In this document: positions 1 through 9,100 of the stretch, piece after piece
Layout of the letters: each line of letters begins with the position of its first letter
Position numbering within the stretch: the stretch's first letter is position 1
Assembly: GCA_028705565.1 (NCBI GenBank)
Contig: JAQWDH010000001.1
Coordinates: 20,363 to 84,362, forward strand
Length of the DNA stretch: 64,000 bases
Direction of reading: 5' to 3'
DNA from: Patescibacteria group bacterium
GTDB lineage: Bacteria > Patescibacteriota > Patescibacteriia > Magasanikbacterales > GWA2-37-8
The notes under the pieces: model-generated
Database searches by the model: none
What the model was told of the DNA's origin: nothing
Seen by the model: the letters and a program-made list of their open reading frames with translations, nothing else
Program-made: the position numbers and the translations under genes

Positions 1-10
1 GGATAATTTG

Positions 11-43
11 GACAGAGATCCCTCTCTATGGCTCGGGATGACA
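11..43. repeat. Right half of a MITE-like palindromic element (GGACAGAGATCCCTC...CGGGATGACA) at the window edge; same family as 2709-2802 and 36859-36892
   Basis: Near-identical to the right arm of the 2709-2802 element, read directly. Confidence 0.6.
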
Positions 44-106
44 ATTGTATAATTATCATTTTGACCGAGTGAAATGAGTATGGAAATGACAAAATAAAAC
101 TAGATT

Positions 107-137
107 GCCGCGCTCCCTACGGTCGCTCGCAATGACA
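107..137. repeat. Half-palindrome GCCGCGCTCCCTACGGTCGCTCGCAATGACAA (TTGTCATTGCGAG-type terminus), related to 32135-32176
   Basis: Shares the TGTCATTGCGAG terminus in reverse complement. Confidence 0.45.
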
Positions 138-162
138 ATAGTTTTTTAAATTAAATTTTTTT

Positions 163-1911
163 ATGAAGAAAATCCTCGGTTTAATTTGGAGACATAAAAT
201 TTATTCTTTGATTGTTTTGGTTATTTTGGGAACTGGCGGATATTTCGGATATCAAAAATGGTTCGTATCCGAAGAATCTGTGCGTTATATAACCGCAAAA
301 GCGGAGCGAGGCGTTCTAACAACTTCAATCAGCGGCACAGGTCAAATTTCCGCTTCCAGTCAAGTTGACATAAAAACAAAAACTTCCGGAGATGTAACTT
401 ATGTTGGCGCGAAAACAGGGCAGGAAGTAAAAAGCGGAACGCTTTTAGTGTCGCTCAACACAAAAGAAGCGTTAAAAACAGTACGCGACGCGGAAGAAAG
501 TTTGGAAACGGCAAAATTATCATTGGAAAAATTACTGCAACCGGCGGATGAACTTACGCTTTTGCAAGCTGAACATTCGTTGGAACAGGCAAAAGAATCA
601 AAACAAAAAGCCGTAGAAAGTTTAAAAAAAGCGTATGACGACGGATTTAACGGAGTCGCGAACGCTTTTTTAGATATCCCATCTGTTATGACAGGTATGC
701 AGGATTTGCTTTACAGTAATAATTATACAAATACGCAGATGAACTTTGAATACTACGCCGAGCAGGTAAGAAGTAGATTGTTTGATGAAAAAGCGTTGGA
801 ATATAAAAATGACGCAAATGTAAAATATCAGGCGGCGCGAGAGGCGTATAACAAAAATTTTCAAGATTATAAATCAGCGAGCAGATTTTCGGATAATGAA
901 ACGATAGAAGCGCTTATTGTTGAAACTTATGATAGTGTAAAAACAATCGCCGAAGCGGTAAAAAGCGCGAACAACTTAGTTCAATATTATATTGATAAAT
1001 TCACAGAAGCAAATTTAAAAACACAAACTCTCGCTACTACCCACCTTTCAAGTTTAAGCAGTTACACAGGCAAGACAAATTCGCATTTACTTAGTTTGCT
1101 TTCAACAAAACAAACATTTCAAACGAACAAAGAAACCATAATAAACGCCGATAGAACCATCGCTGAAAAAACAGGGTCGCTCGCGGATTTGAAAGCCGGC
1201 GCCGACCCGTTGGATGTTCGTTCTCAAAACTTATCCATTAAACAGAAAGAATACGCGCTCGCTGACGCGAAAGAAAAATTGGCTGATTATTATGTTTACG
1301 CGCCTTTTGATGGAACAATCGTGGCGTTTGATGTAAAAAAAGGCGATTCGGTTTCCGCCTCGGCGGTTTTAGGCACAATTATTACAAAACAGCGCATAGC
1401 CACAATTTCGCTTAATGAAATTGATGTCGCGAAAGTGAAAGTCGGACAGAATGTTATTCTTACTTTTGACGCTGTTGATGATTTATCAATTACAGGCCAG
1501 GTTGCGGAAGTGGACGCGTTGGGCACAACCAGCCAGGGAGTCGTGAGCTATAATGTTGAAATAGTTTTTGATATACAAGACGAAAGAATCAAACCCGGTA
1601 TGAGCGTAAGCGCGAGTATAATTTTAGAAAGCAAGCAGGATGTTTTAATGGTATCAAGTTCTGCCGTAAAAACGCAGGGGACGAATAGTTATGTTGAACA
1701 ACTTGATTCAGCCGGGGCGCTTGTCCGTAAAACAGTGCAAATTGGCGCAAGTAATGACACAATGACTGAAATTACGGAAGGATTGACAGATGGCGAGGAA
1801 ATTATTGCTCAAAAAATTTCAACAGGCGCCGCCTCCACGAGTAAAACCACCACGAATAACAGCTCTTCCGGTCCGGGCGTGGGCGGAGATATGATGAGAA
1901 TGATGAGATAA
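163..1911 (+). CDS. Efflux transporter periplasmic adaptor subunit (HlyD/membrane-fusion family, MacA-like)
   Basis: N-terminal TM anchor, long coiled-coil region, C-terminal beta-barrel/lipoyl-like motif (YVYAPFDGTIVAFDVKKGDSV); immediately upstream of a MacB-like ATPase and an FtsX-type permease. Confidence 0.7.
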   Translation: MKKILGLIWRHKIYSLIVLVILGTGGYFGYQKWFVSEESVRYITAKAERGVLTTSISGTGQISASSQVDIKTKTSGDVTYVGAKTGQEVKSGTLLVSLNTKEALKTVRDAEESLETAKLSLEKLLQPADELTLLQAEHSLEQAKESKQKAVESLKKAYDDGFNGVANAFLDIPSVMTGMQDLLYSNNYTNTQMNFEYYAEQVRSRLFDEKALEYKNDANVKYQAAREAYNKNFQDYKSASRFSDNETIEALIVETYDSVKTIAEAVKSANNLVQYYIDKFTEANLKTQTLATTHLSSLSSYTGKTNSHLLSLLSTKQTFQTNKETIINADRTIAEKTGSLADLKAGADPLDVRSQNLSIKQKEYALADAKEKLADYYVYAPFDGTIVAFDVKKGDSVSASAVLGTIITKQRIATISLNEIDVAKVKVGQNVILTFDAVDDLSITGQVAEVDALGTTSQGVVSYNVEIVFDIQDERIKPGMSVSASIILESKQDVLMVSSSAVKTQGTNSYVEQLDSAGALVRKTVQIGASNDTMTEITEGLTDGEEIIAQKISTGAASTSKTTTNNSSSGPGVGGDMMRMMR

Positions 1912-1925
1912 TTTTAATTCGTTGC

Positions 1926-2633
1926 TTGGAAAAATTAGCAAAAGTTATGATTAAATGCGAAAATATTACAAAAATTTATCAACTCGGAATAAACAATTCA
2001 GTGGAAGTGTTGAAAGATATAAATTTTGAAATTGAAAAAGGCGAGTTCGTGGCGATAATGGGACCGTCCGGTTCGGGAAAATCAACTTTAATGAATATGC
2101 TCGGAGCTTTAGATAGACCGACAAGCGGAAAATATTTTTTGGATGAAAAAGATGTTTTTGATATGTCGGATGAAGATTTGGCCGCGATCCGTTCGGAGAA
2201 AATCGGTTTCGTGTTTCAGTCATTTAACTTATTGCCTCGCTCAACTGTTTTAAGAAATGTGACTCTGCCTTTTATTTATAACAAGCAAACTCCGAAATCG
2301 GAGAGAAAAGAAAAAGCCGTGAAATGTTTGCGCGATGTTGGTTTGGATGAAGACAGGTGGGAACATTTGTCAAATCAATTATCAGGAGGACAGATGCAGA
2401 GGGTGGCGATAGCTCGCGCTTTGGTGAATGACCCTGGTATTATTTTAGCAGATGAGCCAACTGGAAATCTTGATACAAAAACAGGGCAGATTGTATTGGA
2501 AACCTTTAAAAAACTTAATCGGGAAAACGGACATACGATTATTTTAATCACGCACGACAAATATGTGGCTGACCACGCGGATAGAATTATTGAAATAAGA
2601 GATGGCGCCATTATTTCCGATAAAAAGAAATAA
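1926..2633 (+). CDS. ABC transporter ATP-binding protein (MacB/LolD-like)
   Basis: Walker A GPSGSGKST, signature LSGGQMQRVAIARAL, Walker B ILADEPTGNLD, H-loop ITHD. Confidence 0.85.
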   Translation: MEKLAKVMIKCENITKIYQLGINNSVEVLKDINFEIEKGEFVAIMGPSGSGKSTLMNMLGALDRPTSGKYFLDEKDVFDMSDEDLAAIRSEKIGFVFQSFNLLPRSTVLRNVTLPFIYNKQTPKSERKEKAVKCLRDVGLDEDRWEHLSNQLSGGQMQRVAIARALVNDPGIILADEPTGNLDTKTGQIVLETFKKLNRENGHTIILITHDKYVADHADRIIEIRDGAIISDKKK

Positions 2634-2708
2634 TAATAGTTGGTGTTAATTAAATTGTTTATTTTGTTAAAATATTATTATAAAATTACACAGTGTTTCC
2701 CATTAATT

Positions 2709-2802
2709 TGTCATCCCGAATGAAATGAGGGATCTCTGTCCGGTTAGTAATATCCCATAATTGCAAATGGGACAGAGATCCCTCATTTCATTCGGGATGA
2801 CA
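2709..2802. repeat. MITE-like nested palindromic element (TGTCATCCCGAATGAAATGAGGGATCTCTGTCC ... GGACAGAGATCCCTCATTTCATTCGGGATGACA)
   Basis: Near-perfect ~33-bp inverted arms with TGTCAT/ATGACA termini separated by a ~27-bp loop; related copies elsewhere in the window. Confidence 0.7.
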
Positions 2803-2887
2803 GTAAATGTATGATTCGCCAAATAGTTAGAATCGTTTGGGCTGTCATTCATATAAAAAATAATTTCATATTATTCCAAATCAATTT

Positions 2888-4111
2888 ATGTTATTTTCGG
2901 ATTTATTTGAAGAAACAATGTTTTCTCTTTCTGCCAACAAGTCGCGTTCCGCGTTGACTATTTTAGGCATTGTTATCGGAATCGGTTCTGTAATTGCAAT
3001 GATTTCTATTGGCCAGGGAGCAACAAAAAATATTACGGATCAAGTGCAGTCGCTTGGCACAAATTTATTGTCAGTAATGCCCGGGAACCAAAAACAATCA
3101 GGAAATATAGTTAAAGGCGGAATGGGTTCGGCGACAAGTTTGACAATGGAAGACTCTGAAGCGATAAAAACATCAATTGCGGAGGCGGTCGCGGTCGCTC
3201 CGACTGTAAGCTCAAGAAAACAGGTGACAGCGAAAGGGACGAATACAAATACAAGTATTTATGGAATTGACGAAAGTTATTTCGGCGTGAAAAACGTTGA
3301 AATTGAAAACGGTTCCAGCATAACTGAACAGCATACAAAATCGCGTTCAAAAGTGGCTGTTCTAGGTCCGACAACGGTAACTGATTTGTTTGGAGAAGGA
3401 TCAAATCCGCTCGGACAAAAAGTTCGCATTGGCAGTCAAGAATTTTCGGTTATTGGCACAACCGTCGCCAAAGGAGGAAGCGGAATGGGGAGTTCTGACG
3501 ATTTGATTTATATTCCGATTACCACGGCTCAACAATATCTTACCGGAAGCGAATCAGTGAGTACTATAAATGTGCAAATATCAGAAGAAAATTTAATGAC
3601 TTTGGCGCAAGAAGAAATCACCGCTTTACTTTTAGAACGGCATAATATCGCCGATTCAACAGCGGCCGATTTCAGCATTATGAATCAAGCTGATATGGTT
3701 GAAACAATGTCTTCGGTGACTGAAACAATGACTTTGCTTTTAGGCGCGATAGCAGGAATTTCTTTACTGGTCGGCGGTATCGGCATTATGAATATGATGC
3801 TTACAACAGTGACCGAGAGAACAAGAGAAATCGGTTTGCGCAAATCATTGGGCGCGAACAGCAAAAATATAACCTTGCAATTTTTAGCTGAATCGGTTTC
3901 CCTTACATTTTTGGGCGGTGTGATAGGTATTGTCTTGGGAAAAGTCGCGGCATGGCTAATAAGCATATTCAGCAGTTTAACAACTGTCGTGAGCTATTCT
4001 TCAATTTTATTGGCTTTTGGAATTTCGGCTTTGATAGGTATAGTGTTCGGATATTATCCGGCAAAACGCGCAGCGAAACTTAACCCGATTGACGCTTTGC
4101 GTTATCAGTAA
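2888..4111 (+). CDS. ABC transporter permease (FtsX/MacB-type, large periplasmic loop)
   Basis: N-terminal TM, ~250-aa periplasmic domain, three C-terminal TMs with the motif TEREIGLRKSLGA typical of the FtsX/MacB permease family. Confidence 0.8.
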   Translation: MLFSDLFEETMFSLSANKSRSALTILGIVIGIGSVIAMISIGQGATKNITDQVQSLGTNLLSVMPGNQKQSGNIVKGGMGSATSLTMEDSEAIKTSIAEAVAVAPTVSSRKQVTAKGTNTNTSIYGIDESYFGVKNVEIENGSSITEQHTKSRSKVAVLGPTTVTDLFGEGSNPLGQKVRIGSQEFSVIGTTVAKGGSGMGSSDDLIYIPITTAQQYLTGSESVSTINVQISEENLMTLAQEEITALLLERHNIADSTAADFSIMNQADMVETMSSVTETMTLLLGAIAGISLLVGGIGIMNMMLTTVTERTREIGLRKSLGANSKNITLQFLAESVSLTFLGGVIGIVLGKVAAWLISIFSSLTTVVSYSSILLAFGISALIGIVFGYYPAKRAAKLNPIDALRYQ

Positions 4112-4133
4112 CGTGATTGTCGCCGAATGTGTT

Positions 4134-4243
4134 TGTCATTCCCGCCCCGTCATCCGACGGGGTAAACTCCAATTATTGTCATTCCCGCGAAAGCGGGAAT
4201 CCATATAATCGAACGATGGATTCCCGCTTTCGCGGGAATGACA
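4134..4243. repeat. Compound MITE-like element: two left arms (TGTCATTCCCGCC..., TGTCATTCCCGCGAAAGCGGGAATCC) and one right arm (GGATTCCCGCTTTCGCGGGAATGACA)
   Basis: Inverted repeats read directly; the 61-aa ORF 4117-4302 is translated from this repeat and is probably not a gene. Confidence 0.7.
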
Positions 4244-4324
4244 GAATGAACGATTTTCGTTATTCGGCGACAGTCCCTTGGTCGGGGTATCGGATTTATT
4301 AATTTATTATTTTATTTTTTCAAT

Positions 4325-4996
4325 ATGCGTAAACAACACCTGTTGACAATTTTACTCGTCGGCATTATGGTCGTTTCCGGTTGTGAAATAAAAAATTCGG
4401 AAACGCAAAAAAATAAAGAGCAAAATAAAAGCGGTGAGACGAATTTGGAAAATCAAATCAACGCGCCTACGAGCACTAATAAAAACGGAAACGGCGTAAA
4501 GGGAACTGATAATGATTTGACTCTCGGGAAAAATGTTATGGTTTTTGGAACATTAAATCAGGATGGAAGCGTGAGCGCGACAAGAATTATGATTGGAAAA
4601 ATTGAGGATTTTAATTTCAGCACGAGCACGCGCAGGGCGCCGGTTGGAGATGGGGCGCAAAACAACGGTTCGCAAACTACTACGCAAGGCATTGAAAACA
4701 GGGGCGAAACACGGACATCCAACAGGCCGAGCGGACAATTTAATCGCAACGGCGGCGGACAAATCGGTCAAAACGGAAAAACAATGGCAGGCGGGCAGGA
4801 AGTTGGCGGAAGTTTTAAAAGCATGACTAATTTTATTGGAGAGATTATTAAAAAAGAAAATAACAGCTTGATTTTGAAATTAAAAGATGGAGGTTCTAAA
4901 ATCGTGTTTTACACCGAGAAGACGGAAATTTTTTTAGTCCAGCCGATGAAGCAATCGGAAACTCCGAATGAACCTCCACCGAGCGAAAACAATTAA
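4325..4996 (+). CDS. Hypothetical lipoprotein, G/N/Q/T-rich low-complexity
   Basis: Signal peptide with lipobox (VVSGC); low-complexity mature region. Confidence 0.45.
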   Translation: MRKQHLLTILLVGIMVVSGCEIKNSETQKNKEQNKSGETNLENQINAPTSTNKNGNGVKGTDNDLTLGKNVMVFGTLNQDGSVSATRIMIGKIEDFNFSTSTRRAPVGDGAQNNGSQTTTQGIENRGETRTSNRPSGQFNRNGGGQIGQNGKTMAGGQEVGGSFKSMTNFIGEIIKKENNSLILKLKDGGSKIVFYTEKTEIFLVQPMKQSETPNEPPPSENN

Positions 4997-5012
4997 AAAG
5001 TTTTAATTAAAA

Positions 5013-5042
5013 TACACCACTTGTTCAGTGGTGTGTTTTTTA
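5013..5042. terminator. Bidirectional rho-independent terminator (ACACCACT-TGTTC-AGTGGTGT + T-tract) between convergent genes
   Basis: Perfect 8-bp stem followed by TTTTTT; A-run on the other side. Confidence 0.6.
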
Positions 5043-5474
5043 ATTTATTGTATTGTCGTTTTTTTGGAGGAACCTGATACAAGTATTTTCTGTTTCCTCC
5101 AATCTTGTTTTTTCTTCTATATTAAATTTTTCTATTTTCATTTTTTGTTGTTCCAATACTAATTTTTTTTGTTCTACATATTCTATTTTTTCCTCAATTT
5201 CTTTTTTTTCTTTTTCACTTTTTAGATGTTCTTTTATTTTTTTATAAATTTTTATTTCATTTTTCCAATCTATTATTTCTTGACTGATTTTTTTAATCAA
5301 TGCATTTCTTTTTTTTAATTCTTTTTCGGCTTTTTTTTCCGCCTCTTCAAGCTTCATATTTATTGTTAGGTTGTCAATGAAAGTTGAAATTTCTATCTCA
5401 ACCTCCTTCATCATTTCTTCCCAGCTCTTTTTTTTATATTTATTATCTTTATTTTTACTACTTTTTTTTGTCAT
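5040..5474 (-). CDS. Hypothetical K/E-rich coiled-coil protein
   Basis: Highly charged heptad-like sequence; no recognisable catalytic motif. Confidence 0.4.
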   Translation of the reverse strand: MTKKSSKNKDNKYKKKSWEEMMKEVEIEISTFIDNLTINMKLEEAEKKAEKELKKRNALIKKISQEIIDWKNEIKIYKKIKEHLKSEKEKKEIEEKIEYVEQKKLVLEQQKMKIEKFNIEEKTRLEETENTCIRFLQKNDNTIN

Positions 5475-5617
5475 TTTTTACTCCTTTCGCCAATGGCGAA
5501 TTTTAATTTTTAAAGAACTATTATAAGTTGACCTTACACCGAAAAACAATTTTTGTCAATGCTTTATATTGACAAAAAATTTTTATTTTAGTATGATATG
5601 GGTGCGTTTCATAATGC

Positions 5618-5689
5618 GCAGGTGTAGTATAATGGTTATTATGCGTCCTTGCCAAGGACGAGACGGCGGTTCGATTCCGCTCACCTGCT
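5618..5689 (+). tRNA. tRNA-Gly (anticodon GCC); CCA not encoded
   Basis: Perfect 7-bp acceptor stem GCAGGTG/CACCTGC, anticodon stem CGTCC/GGACG with loop TTGCCAA, T-loop TTCGATT. Confidence 0.75.
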
Positions 5690-5695
5690 CTCAGT

Positions 5696-5830
5696 GTCTG
5701 TTTGTCTGTCAGATGGTCTAGGGTCTACAGTCTATGGTCTGCGGTCAATGGTCTGCGGTCAATGGTCTATGGTCAATAGTCCACTGTCTATAGTCTATAG
5801 TCCATCGTCCAAAATAGTCCATCGTCCAAA
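5696..5830. repeat. Degenerate tandem GTCYAYRG-type repeats (GGTCTATGGTCTGCGGTCAATGG...) between the two tRNAs
   Basis: Read directly; related tracts at 18361-18470 and 36340-36375. Confidence 0.6.
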
Positions 5831-5836
5831 ATACAT

Positions 5837-5909
5837 CGCGGGGTAGAGCAGTTGGCAGCTCGTCAGGCCCATAACCTGAAGGTCGCCGGTTCAAGTCCGG
5901 CCCCCGCAT
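5837..5909 (+). tRNA. Initiator tRNA-fMet (anticodon CAT); C1:A72 mismatch, C33 in the anticodon loop
   Basis: Near-identical to E. coli tRNA-fMet over most of its length (CGCGGGG...GCTCGTCAGGCCCATAACCTGAAGGTCGCCGGTTCAAGTCCGGCCCCCGCA); characteristic 1:72 mismatch. Confidence 0.85.
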
Positions 5910-5918
5910 CAAACATAA

Positions 5919-5946
5919 AAACCCTCTCCAAGAGGGTTTTGTGTTT
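5919..5946. terminator. Bidirectional terminator hairpin (ACCCTCT-CCAA-GAGGGT + T-run)
   Basis: Perfect stem followed by TTTTGTGTTT; serves the tRNA cluster and the convergent minus-strand gene. Confidence 0.55.
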
Positions 5947-5951
5947 ATTGC

Positions 5952-6194
5952 TCACTTTTTTTCTTCATCTTTATACCCGAGTTTATAAACAATCGTCAGC
6001 AACAGGACGAGTATGGTACCACAATAAATGAACATCTCCCAAAAGAAACCGTTTCCAAATGGTTCTTTTCCATTTGACGCTCGCATCATATCATAGACGC
6101 GGCATCCGAAAAAAAGAAAAGTTAAAAGAACAAGTTCCAACCAAAATACCGCGCGAAAAAATTCAACTAGGTATTTTTTTATTTTTTTTGTCAT
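5952..6194 (-). CDS. Small hypothetical membrane protein (2 TM)
   Basis: Two hydrophobic helices; lies directly downstream of the giant surface-protein gene. Confidence 0.35.
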   Translation of the reverse strand: MTKKIKKYLVEFFRAVFWLELVLLTFLFFGCRVYDMMRASNGKEPFGNGFFWEMFIYCGTILVLLLTIVYKLGYKDEEKK

Positions 6195-6197
6195 TTT

Positions 6198-9100
6198 TTA
6201 TCCTCCTTGCGCGGAATTGATTTTTTTCTCAGTCCACGCTTTTGTTTTTATATGAAAAATACCTGTTCCTTTTTTGAGTTTTAGCGGTTTTAAAATTTCT
6301 TCCGCGTATATTTCTTGCAGACGGATAATTGCTTTTTTTGTAAGAGTTCCAAAATATCCGGATATTATTCCTTCGGGATAAATATCTTTGCCCATTGATT
6401 TAAGAAATATTTGCAGATATTTTACATCTTGTCCAACCGCGCCTCTCCACAAAAATCTTTCAAAAGAAAAATTATCCGGAATGCCGAGTGTTGTTTTTAA
6501 AGATGAGGAAACGGTTTGAATCGTTGAAGACGTCAAAATTGTTGAAGAAGCGAGATTGATATCTTTTTCAAGAGTTGACGTGGACAAAGTTGATGTCGTT
6601 GATGTGGCTGAACTTTCCCCGAAAACACCGTAAAGACCGAAATTTTTTGTTTTGGATGTTATTTCATTCGCAAGAGTATTGTCGCTTTTAAGAGGAACCC
6701 ATATTTTTTTTGTTTCGTCCCAACGATAAATTTCCATAGCGTTTTTTTTGATTTTACCGTTCTTTACCAATTCCTCATTGTAAGTAAATGAAAGTTTCAT
6801 TTCGTTGTTAATTTTTTCAATTTCTTTTCCTCCGACAATAGCTTTAATTTCCGAAACAATATCCCCAAGGATATTAAGATTGGTCGGGAGGGGGTGATTT
6901 TTTATAATTTCCATCGGGTCCAAAGTTATAATTTCCAGAACAGCGGTGCCGACAATACTTTGCGGCAGGAATTTTATAACGCCGGTCGCTCCGGATTGAA
7001 ATATTTTTTTCACTTCTCCACCGAGGTTTTCCGTAATGTTGCCAGAACCGGAAGATGATGATGGCGGTATAATGCCTCCACCTCCGCTGATAATCGCGAT
7101 TGTCCATGTTGATGTTGATTGCGTCTTGTTTCCTGCCTTATCCACGGCTTTTACATACCAAGTATGATTGCCGTTTCCGATTTTTGAAGATACGGTTTTT
7201 GAAACGCCGGTAAGATTATCGTCTTTCAAAACATTATCCACATAAAGTTCATAATGGTCAAAATCCGCATCAGACACGGCATTCCATATAAAAGTTGGCT
7301 GTTCATTTCCCAATGTTGAATAATCGCTTGGAGAAGATAATACAAAAGCGGACGGACCTTCGGTGTCTTCGGCCACGGTAAAAGTTTTTGCTGAAAATCC
7401 TCCGTTGTAAGTGAAAGTGATTTTACCGGCGGAGTCGGATTGGTAGGAATTAAAATGAGAACCGTCAACTTTTATTGAATACCATGTATTATTTTTTGAA
7501 ACAGCCACAACATAATCAATCGTGGTCGTGGAAATTGTGCTGGATGCCGTCCATTGGTCGGTATATCCGTTGGAAATGTCGCTGTCATTAAAAGCCAAAG
7601 TGATTTCTCCAATGGAAGGAATAATTTTTATTGTGTTTGTCGCGGCAGTGCCGAGTGTTAAACTTTTTGTGCTGGAAACATTTACAGTAAGAAGATTCGC
7701 CGCTACATTCATCCAATCCCACTCCGAAGTTGGCAAAACATTAAAAGAAGTTGAAAAGCCGCGCGTGGTCAAATCAAAATTTGCGTTGGTGGATGTTGGC
7801 GCGACATTTACAGCGCGAGTGGTGGAAGCGTTGGTTCCGGAAGTGTCACGGAGGTAAACAGTGTATTCATTGCTGCCTTCAGTTAATCCGGAAAATAAAA
7901 TAGACGGATTGCTGTAAACGCTTGCGTTGTAGGAAGCGCGAATCTCATCTTGTGAAAGCGCACGTTTCCAAACTCTTACTTCATCAAGCAAACCCTTGTA
8001 ATAAGCATACGCGTTGGAGCTTGGAACCGCGCCGTTTGTCCATCTGCCTAACTGGCTGTATCCATCATAATAATCGCATATATTTCCGGTTTGACTTACC
8101 GAGTCCTCTAAAATTCCGTTAAAATAAAATTTTATTGTCGTTCCATCGTATGTGACCGCCAAATGATTCCAAGTTGTGGTTGAAATATATGATGTGCTGC
8201 TTACAATCGGCCAGTCGGTGTTGTTCATGCATAATTGCGCCGCGGCTTCGGCGCGTATATCATTTTCGCCCAAGTCGGTGTAATCGGATTTCAAATACAT
8301 TTGGTATTGAGGAAAGTTGGCGATAAATGTGATGTTGTAATCAGAATCCACGGAAGTCGGTTTTATCCACGCTTCCACTGTCAAATCATCTCCTGTCATA
8401 TCAGTGGATGAAGGGCCGGTTAAAGAAACAAAGTCATCAATACCGTCAAAAAGCAAAGCGTTTCCGAATTTTCCTGCCGCCCATTGCGGTAAAGTTGTAT
8501 TCTTATAAATATGAAAACTGTCTCCGGTGGCAAAGCCGGTGAGCGCGGATGCCAAAGTAATGGTTTTATCCGTTTCGCTGGTCGCCGTATAATCGCTGAT
8601 AGTCGTGGTTGAACCATCCGCAGCCCCGGAAGTCGCTTCAAAAATCCAATTGTTATAAAAATCGTTATTTGTGCTGAGAACTATATAAGATGTTTCTTTT
8701 ATAACAGATTCCGTGGTGCCGGCATCGGCAGTGCCGTAATCGCCATAGTCAAATGTTCCTGTATGTCCGGCAATACTATCAGACACGGAAGTTCCGGAAG
8801 TTTCGTCAAATTTCCAATATCCTATCGGTTTGTTATCCCCCCAAGTAATGAACATACTTGAATCACCGGTGGAAGAGATCGTCATATTCAAAAGAGTCCA
8901 ACTTCTGTTGATATATGAACTATTATATTCAGTAGAAGAAGCGAAAGCGATTGACAGGCGAGCCGGCGTGCATAAAGAAGTGTCAACCGATAAACAATCA
9001 TCACGGCATCCGAGCGTTCCGCCCGTGTAGCTATAATCAACGCAAACAGCGTTTCCTGTGTCGTTGTCATCGCACACCTCGCCGGTTTCTTTGACTCCGT

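Noticed and set aside
4117-4302. 61-aa ORF (…SRESGNPYNRTMDSRFRGNDRM…)
   Set aside because: It is entirely a translation of the nested-palindrome repeat 4134-4243; the same reading-frame peptides arise from every copy of the repeat family.
5649-5846. 65-aa ORF spanning the tRNA-Gly 3' end and the GTCYAYGG repeat tract
   Set aside because: It overlaps a tRNA and simple repeats; the low-complexity translation has no coding signal.
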